64,000 bases of DNA, from the NCBI GenBank assembly GCA_964016885.1, contig CAXHJY010001257.1:124001-188000 (forward strand), in the 5' to 3' direction. How positions within the stretch are numbered: the first letter of the stretch is position 1; the number at the start of each line of letters is the position of its first letter. A model generated the notes under the pieces. The model was not told the origin of the DNA and ran no database searches. It saw only the letters and a list, made by a program, of their open reading frames with translations. Shown here in pieces: positions 37,556-49,335 of the stretch. Source of the stretch: Eledone cirrhosa. Taxonomy: Eukaryota. Position numbers and translations under genes: made by a program.

Positions 37556-39050
37556 ACTCTATATATACTATTGTATTGTCACAGTAAAGGCTTTACCTTA
37601 CATAATATCTCACATAACATTTACATTACTCTATATATACTATTGTATTTTCACAGTAAAGGCTTTACCTTACATAATATCTTACATAATATTTACATTA
37701 CTCTATATAGACTATTGTATTTTCACAGTAAAGGCTTTACCTTACATAATATCTTACATAATATTTACATTACTCTATATATACTATTGTATTGTCACAG
37801 TAAAGGCTTTACCTCACATAATACCTCACATAACATTTACATTACTCTATATATACTATTGTATTGTCACAGTAAAGGCTTTACCTCACATAATACCTCA
37901 CATAACATTTACATTACTCTATATATACTATTGTATTGTCACAGTAAAGGCTTTACCTCACATAATATCTCGCATAACATTTACATTACTCTATATATAC
38001 TATTGTATTGTCACAGTAAAGGCTTTACCTCACATAATATCTCACATAACATTTACATTACTCTATATATACTATTGTATTGTCACAGTAAAGGCTTTAC
38101 CTCAAATAATATCTCACATAACATTTACATTACTCTATATATACTATTGTATTGTCACAGTAAAGGCTTTACCTCACATAATACCTCACATAACATTTAC
38201 ATTACTCTATATATACTATTGTATTGTCACAGTAAAGGCTTTACCTCACATAATACCTCACATAACATTTACATTACTCTATATATACTATTGTATTGTC
38301 ACAGTAAAGGCTTTACCTCACATAATATCTCACATAACATTTACATTACTCTATATATACTATTGTATTGTCACAGTAAAGGCTTTACCTCACATAATAT
38401 CTCACATAACATTTACATTACTCTATATATACTATTGTATTGTCACAGTAAAGGCTTTACCTCACATAATACCTCACATAACATTTACATTACTCTATAT
38501 ATACTATTGTATTGTCACAGTAAAGGCTTTACCTCACATAATATCTCACATAACATTTACATTACTCTATATATACTATTGTATTTTCACAGTAAAGGCT
38601 ATACCTTACATAATATCTTACATTACTCTATATAGACTATTGTATTTTCACAGTAAAGGCTTTACCTCACATAATATCTCACATAACATTTACATTACTC
38701 TATATATACTATTGTATTTTCACAGTAAAGACTTTACCTCACATAATTATCTCACATAACATTTACATTACTCTATATATACTATTGCATTCTCACAGTA
38801 AAGGCTTTACCTCACATAATATCTCACATAACATTTACATTACTCTATATATACTATTGTATTTTCACAGTAAAGGCTTTACCTCACATAATATCTCGCA
38901 TAACATTTACATTACTCTATATATACTATTGTATTGTCACAGTAAAGGCTTTACCTCACATAATACCTCACATAACATTTACATTACTCTATATATACTA
39001 TTGTATTGTCACAGTAAAGGCTTTACCTCACATAATATCTCACATAACAT
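37556..39050 (+). repeat. 72-bp satellite, block 2 (about 21 units)
   Basis: Same unit as block 1. Confidence 0.96.
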
Positions 39051-39261
39051 CTCGTATACGAGAGACGTGTGTTGACGTGTGTGAACAAGCTCGGCTACCG
39101 AGTCGGATTTACTTACTCAAAAAGTGAGTTTTGATTAATTTTTTTATACTGTAATATACGTTAACCCCTTGCCTTGGTCGTCAAACTTTGAGTTTATTTA
39201 TTTTTGCCCCTTTTTGGGGCGAATTTTCCAGTTAAAAATTTATTACGGCAAACTAATAGAA

Positions 39262-41005
39262 ATGGACGGAATTTTCACATCTCATCCTAACGTGAAAGCC
39301 ACGCCCCCTAAGAAAGGTGATACAGAGAAGCTAGAAGCACAAGGCTCTAAGTCTTCCCTCCTGACTTCTGCAAAAAGAAACATGGAACACGGAATTAAAA
39401 GAAAAATTTGTAAAAATGGGTGAAAACCCAGAAAGTCACATAAACGCAGACAAAAACAACAACGACAATAACAGCAATAGTCACAACACCAACCAAGGAA
39501 AAAATAACGATAACACCAAACAAAGCGAACCCACTACTGGTACCTCCTTTGCACAGGCGGTCCGGAAAACACAAACCTGCAAGCAACTGGACATTACAAC
39601 TCTGAGAGAAAAGATGAAGGAAGCGAAACGGTATGTAACTTTCAAAGAAGGAGGAGACTTCACAATCACCTCCCCACAAGAAATCAAAAGAGACACGACG
39701 CTAAGAACGATATCTTTCAGAACAATTTCCAACATAACAAGGAAACCAACTCAATTATCCCAAAAAGAGATTGAGCTGGTCCTAAAAAATGTGTGGAGTG
39801 ATATATCGTTCATACAAAAAGGGCCACTCTATGGGAATATAACGGTCCTAATGAAGGATCAATTGACGGCCAGGAAATACTCTGTGGCACCAATTGTTTC
39901 CAAGCTACATACATTTTTCCCCACATATTTAGGGAAAAGAACGCAGAAGATAAGGGTCTCCGGAATCCGGCCAAATGCATGCATTTCCTGGGTACTAACA
40001 GGATTTTTAGAAGACGAGGACGGAATCCTCTCAGTAGGAGAAGTCACCACAGACGTTTTCGGCGGTTTGAGCGTGGAGGTTCTGGTCCAAATGAGACCAG
40101 AACGAATCGCTAGAATACCACAGAGGGTGTCCCTCGATGGAGAAACATTTATATATATTTCAGCCGAGGGTAGGAGGCCCATATGTTACTACTGTTCAAG
40201 CAGGGGTCATCTAAGGGCTGCTTGTCCTCAATTGACAAAAAAAAAGGCTCTTTTGCCTACACCCCACACACCACCACCGCCACCACCACCACCACCACCA
40301 CCTCCACCACCACCACAACAACAACAACAAAAACAACAGGGAAAAATAACACAAGACACGGCCCCACCCAAAACAACTCCCAAAACACACACAAATACAA
40401 CAAAACCCCAAAATACACCACTACCCGACAGCACGGACGAGGACCCAGCGGAAACGGCACCTAGTGACGAAGAGGGGGAACCCTTCCAACCTGTAAAAAG
40501 GAAAAAAAGAAAGCACCACTCGAACATAAACGAAACAAACACACAACCACCAACAAAAACAAAACAAACAGAACAAACAAAATCCGCCCCACCCCAAAAC
40601 ATAACACATACAACAAAACGTAAGCACACACAAGAACAACAAACAAACACAACACAAATAAAACAGTATACATACATTAACACAAATAACAAAGAACTAG
40701 TAAAAACAATACACAAAGACCCTTTGGTGGAAACTGAAGGGCAATTCTTTGCAAGCGCGGCCAACAAACCGCATTTAAAAATGATAAGACTCCCAATGGA
40801 CACCTATGCAAAACTAAGAGAGAACTTTCCTGAGGACGTGGGGAAAACATGTACTCGACCCTATAACCGCGTCCTCTTGAAACGTTTCCCCACCCACACC
40901 TCACCAAACACCCCCACTCCACCACAGAACAACACCCCACCAAACAACCCCTCCAATACGCCCATGGATATTGTGCAACCTGCTCCTCAGGAGCCGAACA
41001 GGTAG
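39262..41005 (+). pseudogene. ORF1 of copy 2 with a +1 frameshift in an A-run near 39372; downstream frame 39416-41005 is open
   Basis: ttctgcAAAAAgaaac versus ttctgcAAAAgaaac in copy 1; could be a homopolymer sequencing error. Confidence 0.8.
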
Positions 41006-41026
41006 GTCCTTCCTCTTTTAACCAAC

Positions 41027-44000
41027 ATGGCTGATATAAGAGTTGGGTTTCTGAATGTACGTGGCCTGGGACTGTCTTGGAAACAAGGCAAACTTTTAAA
41101 CGATCTCAGGTCGCATAGAATGGATGTAATGGCTATTTGCGAGTCCAGGATCAGCAGCGAGCACCAACTGGCGCCCCTCTTCGACGACTTTGAGATCTTC
41201 GCATCTCTCTGTCAACCGGGGGGTGGGGGTGGAGTTGTCGTTCTGCTGCGAAAACACCTGGGCCTCGCCATACAGAAGGTGCACCTGGACCCGGAGGGTC
41301 GACTGGTGGTTTTAGACGTCGGCAGTAGTGAAAGTGGAGCCCTTAGACTAATAGCTGTGTACGCCCCTTTTTGGGCAGCGCGGCCGGAATACTTCCAACG
41401 TCTGGAAACTTTTCTGGGAACGTCCCGCTCCTTGCTTTTAGTGGGGGACTGGAATGGTATCCTGGATGCACGTTGGGACTATGTAGGGGCATGTGCCAAT
41501 AGAGGGGGGTGTAAAAGCCTCAAAAGGTTAATCGGCCGATTTGACCTGGCCGATAGATATCGACTAGATTTTCCGACTGTACCACTATGGACGTGGACCA
41601 ATCGCAGTGGAACATCTAGGTCGTACCTAGATAGGGTCCTAGTTAGAGAGAACGATAGGGACACATTTAGCTGTCCAAAAATGTTCATGGTTGACTATTC
41701 GGATCACAAGTTAGTGACCTGCATAGCCAACCTTGATAGAACCCATAGACAGGGACCCGGTTACTGGAAGCTGAACTTGTCCTTACCGAGAAGCAAAGCT
41801 TACAGTAAACGGATTAGCACGTTAGTCAAGCAGAGTTTGACAGGGGCAATTGTCAACAACAGGTGGTGGAGCTCTCTTAAGAGAGCAATTAGAATAGAAT
41901 CGATAGGTTTTAGTCAGGAATTAGCAAGGGATAGGAACAAGACGGAAAGGGAATTAGTAGATAGAGTAGAAGAGGCGATTAGGAGTGGCAATGTAGCCGG
42001 CGTGCTGGCATCAAGAATGGCCTTAGACCAGTTCTTTGAGATGAAGCATGAAGGCTGCGTTGTCAGGAGTAAAATACGTGCTCTGGGTAATGAGGGAGCC
42101 AAAGCTGTAAGCTGGGCCCGAGTGACAGAGGCAAAAAGTGGGAACAAGTCCACGATTCGGTCTTTGAAGGACCAGGATGGGCGTGTGATCCTTGAACCTG
42201 GGCAGATGTGTGCGGTCTTTCAGCGGCACTTTGCACGACTGTTCGAGAGGGGCGGCGCGCCGGGTGAGACTATGGATTTCAATCCATACCTCGACGGTCT
42301 GCCGCGCCTCTCGGACGCGGAGGCGAAGTCCTGCGAAAGGACGATTTCAGCTGCTGAGATAGGGGCGGCGCTGAGCCAATGCGGCAAACGCAAATCCCCG
42401 GGTCTCGATGGTCTACCATACGAGCTATATGTAGCGATGCCGGACTTGTTCTCCGATATCCTCGAAGCGGTCTACTGCAACTGGCAGCAGAACGGGAGAA
42501 TTCCCAGTTCTGTGACCAAGGGCGTAGTTACGCTGGTGAGGAAGGATGAGAACAAGGGGGATGACATAAGTAACTTCAGGCCCATAACTCTGCTAAATAC
42601 AGAGTTAAAGATTTTGGCCAAGGTGTTAGCGAAGAGGTTGGCGCTTGTCGTTGGAAACCTGGTGGGAGAAGCGCAGACATGCGCAATCCCGTCCAGGTCC
42701 ATTCACGACAATCTCCACCTTATGCGATACATCATAGAGAGGGTAGGGAATGAACCCGGCTTTGGTGGGGCCCTGATCAACTTGGATCAATCTAAAGCTT
42801 TCGATAGGGTTGACCATCGTTACCTGGATGCGGTGCTCGCGGCGGCAGGCTTCGGACCCGTTTTCAGGGGTTGGATTGCTGCGATGCACAGCAGCAACGT
42901 CTGCTCAAGGGTCAAGGTGAACGGCCACCTCTCGGAGCCGTTCCAAATCATGCGATCCATCCGACAGGGATGCCCTCTCTCCTCCCTACTGTATGTGCTG
43001 GCTCTTGAGCCACTACTGCGGAAGTTGGAGCGGTTGCAGGGCATCCCTTTGGAACCGGGATTGCAGAAAGCGGCGTCGGCCTACGCCGATGACGTGACAG
43101 TAATGGTGTCGAAAACCTCGCAAATCGGTGAGATCGGCACCTTACTGGAGGAATATGAAAGGTTTACAGGAGCCAAGCTGAACCGGGACAAGTCCGTCGG
43201 TTTGCAACTCGGAACATGGAGAGGCAAACCGATGCCCTCCAACGACGTCGTCGGACGCTGGACGGAGGGCCCGGTGAAGCTGCTTGGGGTCTGGTTCGGA
43301 CCAGACCTCCAGGTGGAGAAAAACTGGAACGAGGTAACGGCCAGGGTGTTTGCACTCACCCAGAAGTGGGCCCAGTGCAAACTATCCCTGAAAGGTCGAG
43401 CGGAGGTGGCGAATACTTATATAGCATCCGTCATCTACTACCGCTTGACCGTCGTGCCTTGCCCAGTGAAAAGACTCGCCAAAATGGAGTGCGCGCTGTT
43501 CCAATTTCTTTGGAACAAGCGGACCCCTTTGGTGAGGAGATCCATCTGCTGTCAACACCCTTCGAAAGGAGGGCTGGGGATGCCGTGGCTACAGATGCGT
43601 AAACACGCATTAAGGCTACGGCACCTCCAGGTATTCCTCACCGGTCAACCGGTGTGGGCCCCGTTTGTGAGGCGAGCCTTTCCCAGACTCGTCTCGCTCA
43701 CCGAGCTGCAATCCTGGGTCAAGCAAAGACCGAGAAAAGTGGGCGACTGGCACATTGAATGTGCCCAGGCGCTCACGGCCCTCTGGAAAGCGGACCCGGC
43801 AATCAGTGGAGACTCCACCTCGACATTCTATAGAGGGTTGGTACGCAGCAGGTGCGACGATGCTCTCGGAGAAGCTCTAGGCATGGAGGAAGATGAACTG
43901 GCCAGTCTGTTCGGTAGGACGTTTGGCCCTGGACCGATGGACAACTTCCAAAAGTCCCTGGCTTGGCAGTGCTACCGAGGGGCTCTACCCGTTCGAGACA

Positions 44001-44464
44001 AGCTCCACAGGCATGGGAGCCTGGGTAGAGATCCTTTGAATAAGATCTGTCCGAGATGCGTGCATGATGACGAAACCGTTGCGCACGCATTCGTACACTG
44101 CCCAGGCATTGCTGACCTGTGGGGCTATGTGGAACGACTACTGTCGAGGGTGGGACCAATCCGGTTGACCACCGAGTCCATTGTCACGATCAAACCGCCT
44201 CCCTTTTTCAAAAACGAAGGAGAGGCGGTTTTTCTCTGTGTGGTAGCCATGGCTAAAGAAGTTGTATGGTGGACGAGGCTGAAAGGGCTGAGGTCAGACA
44301 CCTTTCTCTCCGGCCAACAACTGGTCCCCTTTTTCAAATACCATTTTAAAAGAAGGATCAGAATGGAGAGAGAGGTGCTCTACCCCAGCAAGTTTTATGA
44401 AAGGTGGGTGAAAGTAGGGAGAATGGCCAGAGTGAATGGGTCTTCTCTCTATATCAGCCTGTAG
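41027..44464 (+). CDS. ORF2p of copy 2 (APE-RT-zinc finger, 1145 aa, intact)
   Basis: Same motifs as copy 1; six amino-acid differences seen. Confidence 0.96.
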   Translation: MADIRVGFLNVRGLGLSWKQGKLLNDLRSHRMDVMAICESRISSEHQLAPLFDDFEIFASLCQPGGGGGVVVLLRKHLGLAIQKVHLDPEGRLVVLDVGSSESGALRLIAVYAPFWAARPEYFQRLETFLGTSRSLLLVGDWNGILDARWDYVGACANRGGCKSLKRLIGRFDLADRYRLDFPTVPLWTWTNRSGTSRSYLDRVLVRENDRDTFSCPKMFMVDYSDHKLVTCIANLDRTHRQGPGYWKLNLSLPRSKAYSKRISTLVKQSLTGAIVNNRWWSSLKRAIRIESIGFSQELARDRNKTERELVDRVEEAIRSGNVAGVLASRMALDQFFEMKHEGCVVRSKIRALGNEGAKAVSWARVTEAKSGNKSTIRSLKDQDGRVILEPGQMCAVFQRHFARLFERGGAPGETMDFNPYLDGLPRLSDAEAKSCERTISAAEIGAALSQCGKRKSPGLDGLPYELYVAMPDLFSDILEAVYCNWQQNGRIPSSVTKGVVTLVRKDENKGDDISNFRPITLLNTELKILAKVLAKRLALVVGNLVGEAQTCAIPSRSIHDNLHLMRYIIERVGNEPGFGGALINLDQSKAFDRVDHRYLDAVLAAAGFGPVFRGWIAAMHSSNVCSRVKVNGHLSEPFQIMRSIRQGCPLSSLLYVLALEPLLRKLERLQGIPLEPGLQKAASAYADDVTVMVSKTSQIGEIGTLLEEYERFTGAKLNRDKSVGLQLGTWRGKPMPSNDVVGRWTEGPVKLLGVWFGPDLQVEKNWNEVTARVFALTQKWAQCKLSLKGRAEVANTYIASVIYYRLTVVPCPVKRLAKMECALFQFLWNKRTPLVRRSICCQHPSKGGLGMPWLQMRKHALRLRHLQVFLTGQPVWAPFVRRAFPRLVSLTELQSWVKQRPRKVGDWHIECAQALTALWKADPAISGDSTSTFYRGLVRSRCDDALGEALGMEEDELASLFGRTFGPGPMDNFQKSLAWQCYRGALPVRDKLHRHGSLGRDPLNKICPRCVHDDETVAHAFVHCPGIADLWGYVERLLSRVGPIRLTTESIVTIKPPPFFKNEGEAVFLCVVAMAKEVVWWTRLKGLRSDTFLSGQQLVPFFKYHFKRRIRMEREVLYPSKFYERWVKVGRMARVNGSSLYISL

Positions 44465-44701
44465 GTGAAAGAAGAGGAAAAAGCGGAGACGAGGGAAGCA
44501 CCTACTCTTTGTGCTCCTGAGGAGAAGGGTTACACATTTTTTCCGGGGTGTGTGCGACCCATGTTAATGCCCCCTCCCTATTGAGGACTTCGTTTGTTGT
44601 TGTTATTTCATTGTTATATTTTTGTACTCGTTAATTATATGTAAACTTCCCCCCTTGTATCTGTCCCTACCTTTTGTGCCCTAGTGGCAAATAAAGAAAC
44701 C

Positions 44702-45643
44702 ACTCTATATATACTATTGTATTTTCACAGTAAAGGCTTTACCTCACATAATATCTCACATAACATTTACATTACTCTATATATACTATTGTATTGTCAC
44801 AGTAAAGGCTTTACCTCACATAATACCTCACATAACATTTATATTACTCTATATATACTATTGTATTGTCACAGTAAAGGCTTTACCTCACATAATATCT
44901 CACATAACATTTACATTACTCTATATATACTATTGTATTGTCACAGTAAAGGCTTTACCTTACATAATATCTCACATAACATTTACATTACTCTATATAT
45001 ACTATTGTATTTTCACAGTAAAGGCTTTACCTTACATAATATCTTACATAATATTTACATTACTCTATATAGACTATTGTATTTTCACAGTAAAGGCTTT
45101 ACCTCACATAATATCTCTCATAACATTTACATTACTCTATATAGACTATTGTATTTTCACAGTAAAGGCTTTACCTCACATAATATCTCACATAACATTT
45201 ACATTACTCTATATATACTATTGTATTTTCACAGTAAAGACTTTACCTCACATAATTATCTCACATAACATTTACATTACTCTATATATACTATTGTATT
45301 CTCACAGTAAAGGCTTTCCCTCACATAATACCTCACATAACATTTACATTACTCTATATATACTATTGTATTCTCACAGTAAAGGCTTTACCTCACATAA
45401 TACCTCACATAACATTTACATTACTCTATATATACTATTGTATTGTCACAGTAAAGGCTTTACCTCACATAATATCTCACATAACATTTACATTACTCTA
45501 TATATACTATTGTATTGTCACAGTAAAGGCTTTACCTCACATAATACCTCACATAACATTTACATTACTCTATATATACTATTGTATTCTCACAGTAATG
45601 GCTTTACCTTACATAATATCTTACATAATATTTACATTACTCT
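44702..45643 (+). repeat. 72-bp satellite, block 3 (about 13 units)
   Basis: Same unit as block 1. Confidence 0.96.
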
Positions 45644-46079
45644 TCGGCCCGTTTTTCTTCATTCCTGGCTGCACGCCGTCGCCGCTGTACTTCACTGTTT
45701 GATAAAGTCGAATTGCTCTTACTTTCTGTGGAACGCTGCACGCACGCACACACACATAAACATACGCGCACGTACATACACGCGTACACATGGTAATAGT
45801 TACAGCGTTCACTTTGCCTCTCTGTTTCTTACTCTCCCCTCTCACTCCCTCATTGGCATTATACATATTAATTTAAGTTTGGCGTCGTTGAGGTGGGCAG
45901 AGTCGTTTGAAACCTATGAACCAATGATAATCGAGAATTATGACACACGGAATACTGACATTGTTGAAATTAATATATAGATATATATATGTATATAAAA
46001 GGTAAACAGAAATAACAACACTCAGTACAGTATATGGAAGGTATATATTAAGTTAACGCTTGACATAGCAGGAAGAGGG

Positions 46080-46115
46080 TCTTAACGTTTCGGACGCTAG
46101 TCTTTCATCAGAAGA
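46080..46115 (-). ncRNA. Minimal hammerhead-like motif
   Basis: tctt-CTGATGA-aagactagcgtcc-GAAAC-GTT^aaga; the helices are short. Confidence 0.45.
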
Positions 46116-46332
46116 AAGAATGAGAAATAAAATAGATTGAAGGGACGGGTGGGGTGGAATTGGAAAAAATGTCTTTAGATAAAAATAACAGGTCCATTCA
46201 TGTTGACATAATCATCATCGTTTAATGTCCATCTTGCACGCTAGCATGGGTTAAACGGTTTTGTTCCATTTGATGTGGGATTGGTCGGGAGACCGTGTCT
46301 ATATATGTATATATATATATATGTGTGTGTGT

Positions 46333-46897
46333 CATCATCATCATCATCATCATTTTACGTCCGCTTTTCCCTGCTTGCAAGGGTGGGACGGGTCTTATTC
46401 AGCACAGCATCTCTCCACTCGTCACGGTCCTTCGTCATCTCCACCGTGAGCTTCAATGATCTGAGGTCTGTTCTCACCACCTCTGCCCATGTTTTTCGTG
46501 GTCTACCTCTACCACGTCTTCCTTCAACTGGCATTTCCTGGTACTTCTTCACCCATAGGTCATCCTCCATGCGCATCACATGTCCATACCACCGCAGTCT
46601 CCTCTCCCGTACACTACATTCTATCCCTCTCAGACACAGTTTCTCTCTCAACACATTTATGCTGGGTCGTTCACGCACATTGACATTGCACATCCAATGG
46701 AGCATGCTTGCCTTATTTCTCTCCAGCCGTCGCATATCCTCTGCAGTTGCTGCCCATGTCTCACTACCATGCAGCATCGCGCTCCTCACATAGGCATCAT
46801 ATAACCGGCCTTTCGTATGTAGGGAGAAACCCTTCTTTGTCAACAGAGGAAGCAGCTCCCTAAACTTCTTCCAACCCGTCCTTATTCTAGATAATAT
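46333..46897 (-). mobile_element. 5'-truncated copy of the RTE-2 family with (GAT)n tail
   Basis: Closely matches 24649-25212. Confidence 0.92.
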
Positions 46898-46914
46898 GGC
46901 CATTATATACCATT

Positions 46915-47442
46915 ATGTATCAGCTTACGCACCCCAATCAGGGTTGCCAGACGAACTTAAGGATAGGTTTTACGAGTCCCTAATGCACACTACTGCTCTA
47001 ACAAACGACAATGACTTCCTAATCATCGCAGGAGATTTTAACGGACACGTAGGTAAACACAGTGACTGCTTCTATAGAGTCCATGGAGGCCACGGTTTTG
47101 GCCCAAGAAATGAAGAAGGATTCAGAGTTCTAGAATTCTGCGACGCCAATGACATGTTGATATGTAACACAAACTTCTAGCTGCAAAAGGCTTCTCCCTC
47201 AAAATGAAAGGCAGACTGTATGATGCGTGTATCCGAACAGCAATGTTACATGGTAGTGAGACCTGGGCGCTGAAGGTGGAAGACTTACGTAGATTAAAGA
47301 GAAACGAAGCCTGCATGCTCCGATGGATGTGTAATAGTAATATACGCGAACGACAAAGCATAAATGAATTGAGAGAGAGACTGAGCATAAGAGGAATCAA
47401 ATGCTGTGTGCAGGAGAGGCGGTTGCGTTGGTATGGACATGT
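46915..47442 (+). mobile_element. Internally deleted RTE fragment, with an APE segment fused to a C-terminal segment
   Basis: SAYAPQ...GDFNGHVG...ICNTNF joined near 47178 to LAAKGFSLKMKGRLYDAC...RRLRWYGH. Confidence 0.85.
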
Positions 47443-47494
47443 AAGTAAAGTATTCTATATATTAGTGGAAGCCATTTCTATATTAAACATTTGT

Positions 47495-47523
<29 letters not shown>

Positions 47524-47526
<3 letters not shown>

Positions 47527-47639
47527 GGAAAAAGTATGACCCCGACGGCAGAGCTCAAGCCGTTTTGATGGCTATTTCAGTCCAGAAATAGCTGTCGGAA
47601 TGGCTTGAGCTCTGCCGTCGGGGTCATACTTTTTCCTAT
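47524..47639. repeat. Inverted repeat with 55-bp arms and a 6-nt loop
   Basis: Arms 47524-47578 and 47585-47639; part of an arm recurs at about 55918-55951. Confidence 0.88.
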
Positions 47640-48444
47640 TTCCCACTCTACTACCCTAAGTATTGAGTACTCCGGTGCGTTATGGTCCATCTGGTTCCTA
47701 ACCACAATTCCTTTGTTATATATATATACATATATATATACATATATATATATATATAAAAATGAGCGGAACAAGTAAACATTAAACAATCTTTTAAATG
47801 AATTAAAATGCTATTTAAATATTCACCTGTTCTAATGCTGTTACCCACGGTTTCACTAATCAAAAGATTGGAAATTCAGAGAATTTCCAATGAAAAGAAA
47901 TAGCTCTCCATGAACCAAAGTATCGTCTTCCTGTCTTCCTCCGGTTGCAACGTTTTTTTAAATATTCACTTCTGCGTTCACAGATTGACTTTGTTAGTTT
48001 CAGAAGATCCCGTTAAGGGTGAAAGCAGCGATTCTTTGCTTAAACTTTAATCTTTTATTTTAATAAATATTTGCTCTACGGTTCTTATATATTTGATATA
48101 TATTTATCCTTATCGAGCCCTCTTTGGATTCTAGTCTTCACGTTTATTATTATTACTATAGCCTTACGGGGTCGATAAAATAAAGTACCAGTAATGTACT
48201 GGGTATTTGCTGGCCTTGTGCCTAAAGTAGAAACAATTATTATTACTATATATATAACAGCTGAGAGAGATATTTAAGGTGATAGGTAGATATAGGCTGT
48301 GAAGCTGTGTTAAAGGTGTGTATATTAGTATGGTGGTGGTGTGGTGGTGGTGGTGTGGTGCCGACAGTGTGGTGTGGTGGTGCTGACAGTGTTGTTGTTG
48401 TGGTACACTGGATATTTCTGTTTTAAGAACTGGGACACAGGTAA

Positions 48445-49335
48445 ATAGGGTGTTGTGTGTGTGGGGTGTGTTGTGGAGAGGGATGTGTGTGTGTTTGAGG
48501 AAAGGTTGTGTGTGTGGGGTGTGTTGTGTGTAAAGGGACTGTGTGGAGGGGATGTGTGTGTAGAAGGGGTTGTGTGTGTGGAGGGGGCGTGTGTGGAGGG
48601 GGTTGTGTGTGTAAAGGGACTGGGGGATGTGTGTGTGTGGAGGGGGTTGTGTGTGTGTAAAGGGACTGTGGGGGGATGTGTGTGTGTGGAGGGGGTTGTG
48701 TGTGTAGGGTGTGCTGTGTGTTTGAGGAAGGGTTGTGTGTGTGGAGGGGGCTGTGTGTAAAGCGACTGTGGGGTTATGTGTGTGTGGAGGGGGTTGTGTG
48801 TGTAAAGGGACTGTGGGGGGGGGGGGGTTGTGTGTGTGTGGGGGGTGTGTTGTGTGTGGGGTGTGTTGTGTGTGGGGGTGTTGTGTGTGTGGAGGGGGTT
48901 GTGTGTAAAGGGACTGTGGGGAGGGTGTTTGAGGAAAAGTTGTGTGTGGAAGGGGCTGTGTGTAAAGGGACTGTGGGGGGATGTGTGTGTGGAGGGGGTT
49001 GTGTGTGTAAAGGGACAGTGTGGGGGGATGTGTGTGTGTGGAGGGGGTTGTGTGTGTGTGGAGGGGTTGTGTGTGTGTGTGAGGTGTGCTGTGTTTGAGG
49101 AAAGGTGTGTGTGTGGAGGGGGTTGTGCGTGTGGGTCGTGTTGTGTGTGTAAAGGGACTGGGGTGGAGGGTGTGTGTGTGTGAGGTGTTGTGTGTGTAAA
49201 GGGACTGTGGGGGGATGTGTGTGTGGAGGGGTTGTGTGTGTAAAGGGACTGAGGGGGGGGGGGGGGGGCTGTGGGGGTGTGTGTGTGGGGTGAGTTGTAT
49301 GTGTAAAGGGACTGTGTGTGTGTGTGTGGAGGTTT
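48445..49335 (+). repeat. Degenerate G/T-rich minisatellite
   Basis: Recurrent gtgtgtaaagggactgtggggggatgtgtgtgtggagggggtt. Confidence 0.85.

Larger units (their letters stand above)
39051..44701 (+). mobile_element. Full-length Tx1-clade retrotransposon, copy 2 (5651 bp)
   Basis: Nearly identical to copy 1 with identical junctions. Confidence 0.93.

Noticed and set aside
31906-44701. LTR retrotransposon, group II intron or bacterial RT system
   Set aside because: APE-RT-CCHC architecture with no integrase, protease or LTRs identifies a non-LTR element; the direct repeats are whole elements
47860-48130. Possible promoter or exon of a host gene (ETS-like CTTCC motifs, CpGs); also an AG acceptor near 62394
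   Set aside because: No recognisable coding frame or paired splice sites; cannot be supported without transcript data
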